Assembly (NCBI GenBank): GCA_020056635.1
Contig: JAGVHI010000024.1
Coordinates: 2,317-66,316, forward strand
DNA length: 64,000 bases
DNA from: an archaeon
GTDB lineage: Archaea; Micrarchaeota; Micrarchaeia; Anstonellales; Anstonellaceae
Reading direction: 5' to 3'
Shown one piece after another: positions 36,308 to 44,013 of this stretch. The notes beneath the pieces are model-generated. The model saw only the letters and a list, made by a program, of their open reading frames with translations. It had not been told where the DNA came from and did no database searches. Within the stretch, counting starts at the first letter, position 1; the number at the start of each line of letters is the position of its first letter. The position numbers and the translations under genes are program-made.

Positions 36308-36403
36308 GCCCCTGTAGCTCAGCAGCAGAGCGCCTGTCTTGTAAGAGCATAACGCCCAATTCAGGAAAACAGGAGGTCGCGAGTGCAATCCTCGCCGGGG
36401 GCT
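36308..36403 (+). tRNA. tRNA-Thr (anticodon UGU) with 24-nt canonical intron
   Basis: Acceptor GCCCCTG/CGGGGGC. D arm GCTC-AGCAGCA-GAGC. Anticodon stem CCTGT/ACAGG, loop CTTGTA|intron 36344-36367|A. T arm GCGAG-TGCAATC-CTCGC. The D and T loops are atypical. Confidence 0.8.
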
Positions 36404-36466
36404 TGCTATTTATTAAAAAGGTTGATGGATAAAGGGGATTAAGATAACGTCTAGAGTTGGTTTTGG

Positions 36467-36619
36467 ATGGGAAAATTTGCGGAAGCTGACGCGGAAATCG
36501 CAAAAATCTTCATTTGCAAGAAGTGCAAGGGGCGGAACAAGGCAGGCGTGGCGCACTGCAGAAGGTGCGGCTACAAGGCGCTGCGGCCCAAGAGAAGGGA
36601 AATCCGCGCAAAGAAGTGA
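36467..36619 (+). CDS. rpl40e: Ribosomal protein L40e (eL40)
   Basis: 50-aa ORF MGKFAEADAEIAKIFICKKCKGRNKAGVAHCRRCGYKALRPKRREIRAKK. 4-Cys ribbon and basic tail are typical of archaeal L40e. Too short for the supplied ORF track. Confidence 0.8.
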   Translation: MGKFAEADAEIAKIFICKKCKGRNKAGVAHCRRCGYKALRPKRREIRAKK

Positions 36620-36634
36620 GCAGGAAGCGTTTGT

Positions 36635-37387
36635 ATGGCAGGCGCAAGCGGGAGCAAGAGGGAAGGGCTGCCTACTTCCATTGCAGGGGTCGGTAGCACT
36701 GAGGGGCAGGAGCAGCCTTTTGCAATCCCCAACTTTGCGGATTACCTTTCACCCGAGGCCAGGAAATGGGCCAGGATTTTTTTCTCTAGCGTAGGGATTG
36801 TGCTCTCATTGCTCGGCTTTGTAGGCACAGTGGTTGCATACCTTTTTCTTTCATCTGCTGCCTCGAGCACTGAAAAGATAGTGCTTGGGCAGTTGGACGG
36901 GGCGGTTGCGTCGCTCTCTGATTTGGAGATATCCCTTGCGAACCTAGAGGGCGTGAAAGGCGATGCGACCAACATGACCGGCTCGATTGCGGCCTCTTTC
37001 CGAGGCTATTCCACTGCAACTTCGGGCATAGCAGACTCGCTTTCCGGGGTTGCAGACTCGCTTTCCGGAATTCCGCTTGCAGGGGCGGCGCTTGATTCAC
37101 AGGTAAGCGATATTCAGGAAAAGGCGCAGACGCTAAAGGACTCGGCACAAAGCATGTCTGATGCGGCAAATTCCGCGGAAAGCGCAGGTGGCAAGATAGG
37201 TGCAACATTCGACGGAGTATCGAACGCCCGCTCGGATATTGGGGCGATGATTGACAATTTGGAGAGGGCGAGGGGGGAAATCCGCTCTACGTTCGGGCTG
37301 CTCTCGGCTGCAATGCTTGCCGGGATGGTCGTGCTCATGCTGCTTTTCGCGTCAGTTGGGAGCGCGTGCCTTGCGGCACTTTTATGA
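36635..37387 (+). CDS. Hypothetical membrane-anchored protein with short tandem repeats
   Basis: TM helices near both ends. Ser/Ala-rich helical middle with GIADSLSGVADSLSG repeat. Confidence 0.45.
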   Translation: MAGASGSKREGLPTSIAGVGSTEGQEQPFAIPNFADYLSPEARKWARIFFSSVGIVLSLLGFVGTVVAYLFLSSAASSTEKIVLGQLDGAVASLSDLEISLANLEGVKGDATNMTGSIAASFRGYSTATSGIADSLSGVADSLSGIPLAGAALDSQVSDIQEKAQTLKDSAQSMSDAANSAESAGGKIGATFDGVSNARSDIGAMIDNLERARGEIRSTFGLLSAAMLAGMVVLMLLFASVGSACLAALL

Positions 37388-37419
37388 AAGCTTTTTATAG
37401 CCAGCTAGTGTAAATTTTG

Positions 37420-37983
37420 ATGATGCGAATGGCATACGCGAAGGCTGTTGCACTGTGTCTTCTTGCGATTGGGATTCTTTTTGCTGCAATTGATGTCACC
37501 CCAGCGTCGCTTTCGGTCGACCCTCCCCCGCTCACAGGGATGAGAAGCGTGATCAAAACAGTCATTCAGAATACCGGAGCGGATGCGGCAGGCCAATTCA
37601 TGGTGTGCTTGAATATTGATGGGAGGCAGTATGCCGCGCTCCCTGTCGAGAAGCTTGCGGCGGGCGCAAAGACAGAGGTTTCGGCGTTCTGGTGGCCGCA
37701 GCAGCACAATTTGGGGAAAAGGAGCGTTCAAGTGGTTTTGGACTGCACAAGGAAACTATCAGAGTCGAACAAGGGGAACAATGAGAAAAGCATCCCAATA
37801 ACCGTGAATGAGGGGACTAGCGAGGGGAAGGAAAGCTCGATCAACTATGACAGGAGGAGCCAGAGCATAAGCAACAATCTTCTCATGGCGATCACTACCA
37901 CGCCCCAGGGGCTGCTTGCATTCATAGGGGTCTGCGCAACTGCAGTGCTGATTTTCGTGTTCCTTTCAAGAAGGCAGGAATAG
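37420..37983 (+). CDS. Secreted/anchored protein with CARDB-like beta-sandwich region
   Basis: N-terminal signal-like helix and C-terminal TM. The middle (VIQNTGADAAGQF.V.L.IDG......V..LAAG....V) resembles CARDB domains. Confidence 0.45.
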   Translation: MMRMAYAKAVALCLLAIGILFAAIDVTPASLSVDPPPLTGMRSVIKTVIQNTGADAAGQFMVCLNIDGRQYAALPVEKLAAGAKTEVSAFWWPQQHNLGKRSVQVVLDCTRKLSESNKGNNEKSIPITVNEGTSEGKESSINYDRRSQSISNNLLMAITTTPQGLLAFIGVCATAVLIFVFLSRRQE

Positions 37984-38052
37984 GAGCATTGCTCATTATT
38001 ATAAGATTTGTTCCCGATAGCAGTGCATCTAGTTTAGCATGAGGTGGATAGC

Positions 38053-39051
38053 ATGCCAGTTAGAATTGGAATAAATGGGTTTGGCAGGATTGGAAGGTGC
38101 GCGCTCAAGATTGCGCTTGCGAAGGGTGCGCAGGTAGTTGCGATAAACGATTTGGGGGATAATAAGACTCTCGCGCACCTGCTGTCGCATGATACCAATT
38201 ACGGGGCGTATGGAAAAAAAGTCACCTATGATGAAAACAATTTGATTGTGGACGGGAAGAAAATCAGGAAATTTGCCGAGAAAGAGCCGGCGAACATCCC
38301 TTGGAAAGAGGTTGGCGCGGATGTGGTGCTTGAGTGCACGGGCAAATACACAGATGCAGCGGGAGCTGGGTTGCATTTGAAAGGGGGAGCGAAGAGGGTG
38401 CTAATTTCAGCTCCTCCGAAAGGGAGCGATGTCGGAACGTATGTGCTCTCAGTGAACGGGGATAAGCTCAAGGGGGACAAGAAAGGCGTGGTTTCGTGCG
38501 CTTCGTGCACCACGAACTGCATAGCCCCTGTGATGCAGGTGCTGCACAATAAGTTTGGGGTGAAAAAGGCAATGATGACCACCGTGCATGCGTATACCGG
38601 GGACCAGAGGCTGCTTGACGGGACACACAAAGACTTGAGAAGGGCGAGGGCGGCTGCGGAGAACATCGTGCCGACCAGCACCGGGGCTGCAATTTCAACC
38701 ACTGAAGTGATACCTGATTTGAAGGGGAAGTTTGACGGGCTTGCGCTGCGCGTGCCGGTGAGCGTGGTATCGCTCTCGGATATTACTGCGCTTATGGACA
38801 GGAAAGTGACAGTCGAGGAAATCAACAAGGCGTTTGAGGAAGCGGCGGCGTCGCCCCAATTCAAGGGAATACTAGGGGTGACCAAAGAGCCTCTTGTGAG
38901 CTCGGATTTCAAGGGAAGTGAGTTTTCAACTGTCGTGGATTTGCCCCTGACAAAAGTTGTGGATGGGGATTTGGTGAAAGTGATTGCGTGGTATGATAAT
39001 GAGTGGGGCTACACCTGCAGGCTGATTGAGGAAGCGATGATGCTTGGGTAG
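38053..39051 (+). CDS. gap: Glyceraldehyde-3-phosphate dehydrogenase, type I (bacterial/eukaryotic type)
   Basis: Motifs INGFGRIGR and active-site SCTTNC. Confidence 0.9.
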   Translation: MPVRIGINGFGRIGRCALKIALAKGAQVVAINDLGDNKTLAHLLSHDTNYGAYGKKVTYDENNLIVDGKKIRKFAEKEPANIPWKEVGADVVLECTGKYTDAAGAGLHLKGGAKRVLISAPPKGSDVGTYVLSVNGDKLKGDKKGVVSCASCTTNCIAPVMQVLHNKFGVKKAMMTTVHAYTGDQRLLDGTHKDLRRARAAAENIVPTSTGAAISTTEVIPDLKGKFDGLALRVPVSVVSLSDITALMDRKVTVEEINKAFEEAAASPQFKGILGVTKEPLVSSDFKGSEFSTVVDLPLTKVVDGDLVKVIAWYDNEWGYTCRLIEEAMMLG

Positions 39052-39088
39052 CTGCAATTGCAAGGGCAATAAGGGGGCTGCGAACAAT

Positions 39089-40027
39089 ATGTGCGCCATG
39101 GAAAAACTGTATGACACTGTGATCATCGGCGGAGGGGTAGCGGGCTTTGGGGCTGCGATGTATGCTGCAAGGCTAGGGCTCAAAAGCCTCGTGATTTCAG
39201 AAATACGCGGGGGCACCATCATACTGACAGACATAGTGGAGAATTACCCGGGATTTAAGAAACTGACTGGATTGGAGCTTGCGGAGAAAATCGAGGAGCA
39301 TGCAAAGGAATATGGTATTGAAGTGATAGACGAGCGCGCAAGCAAGGTTGAAAAATCAGGGAATTGCTATTCGGTTACTGCAGCTGGAAAGGACTACAAA
39401 ACCAAGACAGTGATATTTGCAACCGGGACAAAATGGAAAAAATTGGGAGTGCCTGGGGAAGAGGAGTTCGCGAACAAGGGAGTGCATTACTGCGCATTGT
39501 GCGATGGCGCGTTTTACAAGGGGAAAGTGATCGGGGTAGTGGGAAGCGGGGATTCAGCAGTGAAGGAAGCATTGCTCCTATCCACGTTTGGGGCAAAGGT
39601 GTATATTTTCGCAAGGGGCGAGCGGCTCAAGCCCGAGCCAGTGAACCTTGAGCGGGCGAAAGCAAACCCAAAAATCGAAGTGGTGACCAAAATCAATGTA
39701 AAAGAGATAAGGGGGGAAAAGAAAGTCACGCATGTTGTGTTTGACCGGGAGTTAAACGGGAGCAAGGAATTGGCGCTTGATGCGCTTTTCATTGAGATTG
39801 GGCACATACCGCTCTCCGAGCTTGCAAAAGAGCTCGGGGTGGCATGCGACGAGCATGGAGAAATCAAGATTGACAGGCTTTCGAGAACAAATATGCCTGG
39901 AGTGTATGCTGCGGGGGATGTTGCGGATTCGGCTTTCAAGCAAGCGATTACGGGGGTTGCGGAAGGGGTGAATGCGGCTTATTCTGCTTACGAGTATGTG
40001 AACAAGAATACTGGAATCACTTGCTAA
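39089..40027 (+). CDS. trxB: Thioredoxin-disulfide reductase
   Basis: YDTVIIGGGVAG, redox-active CALCDG, and a second GSGDSA nucleotide motif. An alternative ATG lies at 39098. Confidence 0.85.
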   Translation: MCAMEKLYDTVIIGGGVAGFGAAMYAARLGLKSLVISEIRGGTIILTDIVENYPGFKKLTGLELAEKIEEHAKEYGIEVIDERASKVEKSGNCYSVTAAGKDYKTKTVIFATGTKWKKLGVPGEEEFANKGVHYCALCDGAFYKGKVIGVVGSGDSAVKEALLLSTFGAKVYIFARGERLKPEPVNLERAKANPKIEVVTKINVKEIRGEKKVTHVVFDRELNGSKELALDALFIEIGHIPLSELAKELGVACDEHGEIKIDRLSRTNMPGVYAAGDVADSAFKQAITGVAEGVNAAYSAYEYVNKNTGITC

Positions 40028-40830
40028 TTGCTGTTGCTTAGTCTTTGCAGCGCAGCTTCCATGTGGGAAACCAGCTGGACTTCCACATGCAGGTTGTGGA
40101 GCGATGCGTATTTTAGGACATTTTCTACAGCGAGCCCTGGAGTCACGCGTTTCCTGAAATTGGCATATCTCTCCGGGGCAGAGCCCGTCATATTTTCGTC
40201 CCCGTCTGCCTGTATCCTGATGCGGATTGTTATCTCGATCACAGGCTCGGAATCCCTGAGCATAAGGGTGAGCTTGATATATGAATGGTCAGGCGTTAGG
40301 CTCATGTATTCACGTTCCATGCGGTCTGGAGTGTAATGGTCGCGGATTGGGTAGTAATCCAGTTTGTCAGGGGTTATCAGGTTTTCTGCATTCATTCCGC
40401 GTGAGCCTATTGCAAGCGGGATTATGGTCAGCCTGACCTTGGTTTCACCGGTTTCCAGCATTTTTTTCACAAGGGCGTCAAGAGCCCTTGATTGCGGATT
40501 GTCAGATTTGATTTGGGATCCCCCATCACGTGTCCAAGAAGGTTCCGTTGCCCCGGACAGGCGGCCCCCAGCGAGGGGTATTGTAAATTCAATTGGGGGC
40601 GAATTTGGTTTTTCAAAAATTTTGCTCCCCGCCCAGTTGCCATTCCCGCCAGGCGCATCCTCAGATAGAGGCGGCAGTTCAAACTGCTTAGTTGGAGAAT
40701 TGCCTTGCCTATTCCCTTCTGAAAGGGATTGGTTTGGGGAAAAAGGAGTTTTGGGATTTGGAAGAGTGCCAGGTTGGTCTGGCCTGTTTGTTGGGGGAGT
40801 CACGGGTTTTCTTAGAAACGGGAATGTCAT
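40024..40830 (-). CDS. Hypothetical protein with Pro/Asn-rich N-terminal region
   Basis: 268-aa ATG ORF. About 100 aa of low-complexity N-terminus, then a globular part. No motif recognised. Confidence 0.4.
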   Translation of the reverse strand: MTFPFLRKPVTPPTNRPDQPGTLPNPKTPFSPNQSLSEGNRQGNSPTKQFELPPLSEDAPGGNGNWAGSKIFEKPNSPPIEFTIPLAGGRLSGATEPSWTRDGGSQIKSDNPQSRALDALVKKMLETGETKVRLTIIPLAIGSRGMNAENLITPDKLDYYPIRDHYTPDRMEREYMSLTPDHSYIKLTLMLRDSEPVIEITIRIRIQADGDENMTGSAPERYANFRKRVTPGLAVENVLKYASLHNLHVEVQLVSHMEAALQRLSNSN

Positions 40831-40947
40831 AGTATTTCGCTTCCAAACACTTTACGCAATTGAAGTTTATAATTGATTCTGAATTTTGGCGCAATTTGGG
40901 AAAAGATTGGGAAAGTATTAATTAAGGGAGTTTTTCGAACGGATTGC

Positions 40948-41646
40948 ATGGAGCTTATCAATTGCACTCTAGAGCAGGTGCTCGAGGAAAGCCCGACAGT
41001 GCGCACTTATCGGCTAAAGCCGCAGGGCGGGAGGAAAATTGAGTTTAGGCCGGGCCAGTTTGCACAATTGCACCAGCTAAGGGAGGATGGGAGCTCTGCA
41101 GGGTTCCGTGTATATTCCATATCTTCTGCTCCGGGCGAGGAGGAACTATGCTTTACAGTAAGGATCAATGGCAGGTTCTCAAGCGAACTTGCGAAGCTTG
41201 GTATAGGCGCACAGCTTGCGGTTTCGCCACCTCTTGGGAATTTTGTGCTGCAGGAGGGGCTGGGAGACGTGGTGCTGATAGCCGGCGGGGTGGGGTGCAC
41301 CCCTTTTCGGTCCATGATAAGGCATGCAATGCGAAGCGGGTATGCAGGGAAAATTACGCTGCTGCACATGAACAAGTCAAAGAAGGAAATTATTTACAGG
41401 GAGGAGTTTAGGGCGCTTGCTTCCGAGTTCCAAAACTTCTGCGCAATCCACTTCCTTACGCAGGAGCCAGAGGGAGGGTATGAGAGCGGAAGGCTGGATG
41501 AGGGAAGGCTCAAGGAACACGTCCCAAATTATCTTGAGTGCACCTATTTCCTGTGCGGCCCGCCTGCAATGGTCATTGGAACGAAAGCAATGCTTGCGGG
41601 GCTTGGGGTGGGCAAGGATAGGATTAAATTGGAAGCATGGAGTTAG
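40948..41646 (+). CDS. Ferredoxin-NADP reductase-like FAD/NAD(P)-binding oxidoreductase
   Basis: RPGQFAQL, RVYSISS (RxYS FAD motif), GGVGCTPF (NAD motif), and C-terminal LCGPPAM. Confidence 0.7.
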   Translation: MELINCTLEQVLEESPTVRTYRLKPQGGRKIEFRPGQFAQLHQLREDGSSAGFRVYSISSAPGEEELCFTVRINGRFSSELAKLGIGAQLAVSPPLGNFVLQEGLGDVVLIAGGVGCTPFRSMIRHAMRSGYAGKITLLHMNKSKKEIIYREEFRALASEFQNFCAIHFLTQEPEGGYESGRLDEGRLKEHVPNYLECTYFLCGPPAMVIGTKAMLAGLGVGKDRIKLEAWS

Positions 41647-41652
41647 TGTTGC

Positions 41653-42486
41653 ATGGAAAAGCTGCTTTTCGGGACTGCGGGAATTCCCCTTTCCACCGAG
41701 CCTAGGGACACGCTTAATGGAATTGCGCAGGTAAGGAAATTAGGATTGGATGCGATGGAACTGGAGTTTGTGCAGAACGTGAATGTGAGTGCGGAGAAAG
41801 CGCCATCAGTAAGGAAGGCAGCCGAATCAAACAGCGTCATTCTCACTGCGCATGGCTCATATTATATCAACCTGAATTCACCTGAAAAAGAAAAATGGCA
41901 TGCGAGCGTAACTAGAATTGTGCAAGCAGGGGAGAGGCTGGACTCGTGCGGCGGGTATTCATTGGTGTTCCACCCTGCGTTCTACCTGAAAGCGAGTAAG
42001 GAAGAGGCATATAAGAATGTGAAGAAAGGGGTTGAGCTTGCAATTGAAGAGCTTGAGAAAAAGGGCGCTAGGAAAATTTGGGTTCGGCCTGAAACCATGG
42101 GGCGGGAGAGCCAGTTTGGAACGCTTGAAGAGAATTTGAAATTATCGCAGGAAGTGGCGAGGGTATTGCCTTGCATAGATTTCTCCCATCTTCACGCACG
42201 CTACAAAGGCAAGTATAATACATACCCTGAATTCCGCTCGCAGCTTGAGCTTGTGGAGAAGATGAAAGGGAAGGAAGGGCTGAAGAACATGCACATTCAC
42301 CTTTCAGGAATAAATTATGGGGAGAAGGGGGAGAAAAACCACCTTATCCTGAAGGAATCGGACATGAATTACAAGGATTTGCTGCGTGCGCTAAAGGAGT
42401 TTGAGTGCGCAGGGATTGTGATTTGCGAGAGCCCGAATATAGAGGAGGACGCACTGCTTTTGCAGAAAACGTATAGAGAATTGTAA
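41653..42486 (+). CDS. Endonuclease IV / xylose-isomerase-like TIM-barrel protein
   Basis: Length and His/Glu-containing strands (ELEF, FHPAFY, FSHLHAR, HIHLSG) resemble AP endonuclease family 2. Confidence 0.6.
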   Translation: MEKLLFGTAGIPLSTEPRDTLNGIAQVRKLGLDAMELEFVQNVNVSAEKAPSVRKAAESNSVILTAHGSYYINLNSPEKEKWHASVTRIVQAGERLDSCGGYSLVFHPAFYLKASKEEAYKNVKKGVELAIEELEKKGARKIWVRPETMGRESQFGTLEENLKLSQEVARVLPCIDFSHLHARYKGKYNTYPEFRSQLELVEKMKGKEGLKNMHIHLSGINYGEKGEKNHLILKESDMNYKDLLRALKEFECAGIVICESPNIEEDALLLQKTYREL

Positions 42487-42504
42487 AAAGAAAAAAGACG
42501 GGCT

Positions 42505-42942
42505 TCAAACAGTTTCTGGCGGGAGCTGCATCCCGAAATGAAGCCCTATATCCTTGAGATTCTCAGTTGTTTCGATTAGCGCCTTTCTGCCGAAGTTCCT
42601 GAAACGCAGCATATCAGGCTCTGTTTTCCGCACGAGATCGCCAATCGTCCTAATTCGGGCTTCCTTGAGGCAGTTGGCTGTCCGCACAGTCCACTCGAGC
42701 GCCTCAATTGGAGCCCTGAGCTTTTCCTCCAGCGAAGTGTCTGCCCCAATGGCATGTGGTTTGGCGAACTGAGGCACCAGAATTGTGCCTTTAGCAATTC
42801 CATTATCCAAATCACGCAACCCTTCCGGACCTATTTTCCTTGCCATCCAGAGCATAATAGCCCTAGCCCGTCCATCCGGCACGGTATCGATCGCAGTTCT
42901 TAGATTGGCCAGCGGCCTTGCATTCCCGTTCATTTTTTTCAT
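42505..42942 (-). CDS. Protein with C-terminal bacterial RNA polymerase alpha-CTD-like helix-hairpin-helix domain
   Basis: LEWTVRTANCLKEARIRTIGDLVRKTEPDMLRFRNFGRKALIETTENLKDIGLHFGMQL aligns by eye with E. coli alpha-CTD ([12 protein letters not shown]...[9 protein letters not shown]..LL...[10 protein letters not shown]). GAGGTG lies 6 nt upstream of the ATG. Confidence 0.6.
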   Translation of the reverse strand: MKKMNGNARPLANLRTAIDTVPDGRARAIMLWMARKIGPEGLRDLDNGIAKGTILVPQFAKPHAIGADTSLEEKLRAPIEALEWTVRTANCLKEARIRTIGDLVRKTEPDMLRFRNFGRKALIETTENLKDIGLHFGMQLPPETV

Positions 42943-42956
42943 ATTTTTCACCTCGT

Positions 42957-44009
42957 TTAGTACAATCCCAATTCCACCTTCGGAATTCCCCGCTTGCGCA
43001 TGAGCTTTAATAGCAAATCCGGCTCCTTGCAAAGCTCGCGCAGAACACCAAGCGCATTCTCCTGCACTGCCTCATCCCCCTCCCGGACTGCATCGTGGTA
43101 GAGGTAAGCTGCAAGCGCAGCCAAGTCATTCGCGCCTGTAAAAATGCAGGAGGTGTTTTCCGCAAGCCATGATAGCGGGTTTGGGGCGGCCTCAAGCCCC
43201 TCGCGCATCCGCCCTAATTCTATTGCCGCTTGCTTCCTTGCGGCATCGAAATAGGCATCGTTCCTTGGAAGGTTTTTTTCCCCTGCCGTAAATTCGTAGA
43301 GGAAATTCCAGAATATTGGAATCCCCCGCCCGCCATCGCGCCCCAGCTCTTCCGCGAACTCTCGTGCGCACTCAAGGTTCCCTTCGCGCCCGATTTCCCA
43401 TTCAAGCGGAAACGTGATAGTGCCGGTTGCGGCAAACTCCAGATCGTTGCCAACGAAAATGCGCATGATTTTCGCATGGAAAGTGGAGCACGCTATGATT
43501 GCGTCCATGTCAATCGCCCGGAAAGCCTCTGGCCAGAGTGCCGGGTAAACCGGGTCCTTCTCAAGATGCATAGTAACATGGTCCGGCTCCCATCCAAGAT
43601 TCCGCAGGTCCGCGATGTTGCAGTGCTCCAAATGCCTCCGCCCGGATACCAGTTCGACCAGGAGGCGCTCGCCTGCGAAGCGGAGGTAAGGATTTTCCTC
43701 AAGCGCCATTTCTTTGATTGCATTGAGCGCCCCCTCATATTGGGTGCCCCCGAGCTTGCGCGTAAGCCGTTCAACGAATTCCCGAATCCCGGCAGGCACT
43801 TTTCGCTCTCCGGTAATGACCCCGCACATGCGCTCGTGCTCCGTGCAAAGGATGCGCGCCCGCTCTGCAGCATCCACCATCGCAAGTGAGTGGTTGCGCC
43901 GCATAATTTCGGCAGTTTTGGGCTCCACGCCAAGCCATTGCACGTCCCTCCATGGGGTATTGCGCGCGGTTTTCTGCGTTTCCCCGTTGCCATTGATGTT
44001 TTGCTGCAT
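42957..44009 (-). CDS. Hypothetical protein (middle gene of radical-SAM operon)
   Basis: 350 aa from ATG 44009, 4 nt after the radical-SAM stop. No recognisable motif. Helical C-terminal part. Confidence 0.5.
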   Translation of the reverse strand: MQQNINGNGETQKTARNTPWRDVQWLGVEPKTAEIMRRNHSLAMVDAAERARILCTEHERMCGVITGERKVPAGIREFVERLTRKLGGTQYEGALNAIKEMALEENPYLRFAGERLLVELVSGRRHLEHCNIADLRNLGWEPDHVTMHLEKDPVYPALWPEAFRAIDMDAIIACSTFHAKIMRIFVGNDLEFAATGTITFPLEWEIGREGNLECAREFAEELGRDGGRGIPIFWNFLYEFTAGEKNLPRNDAYFDAARKQAAIELGRMREGLEAAPNPLSWLAENTSCIFTGANDLAALAAYLYHDAVREGDEAVQENALGVLRELCKEPDLLLKLMRKRGIPKVELGLY

Positions 44010-44013
44010 GCCC

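Noticed and set aside
37031-37068. 21-bp tandem DNA repeat (GCAGACTCGCTTTCCGG x2).
   Set aside because: It lies in frame inside the 36635-37387 CDS and simply encodes the peptide repeat ADSLSG(V/I). There is no sign of a separate element.
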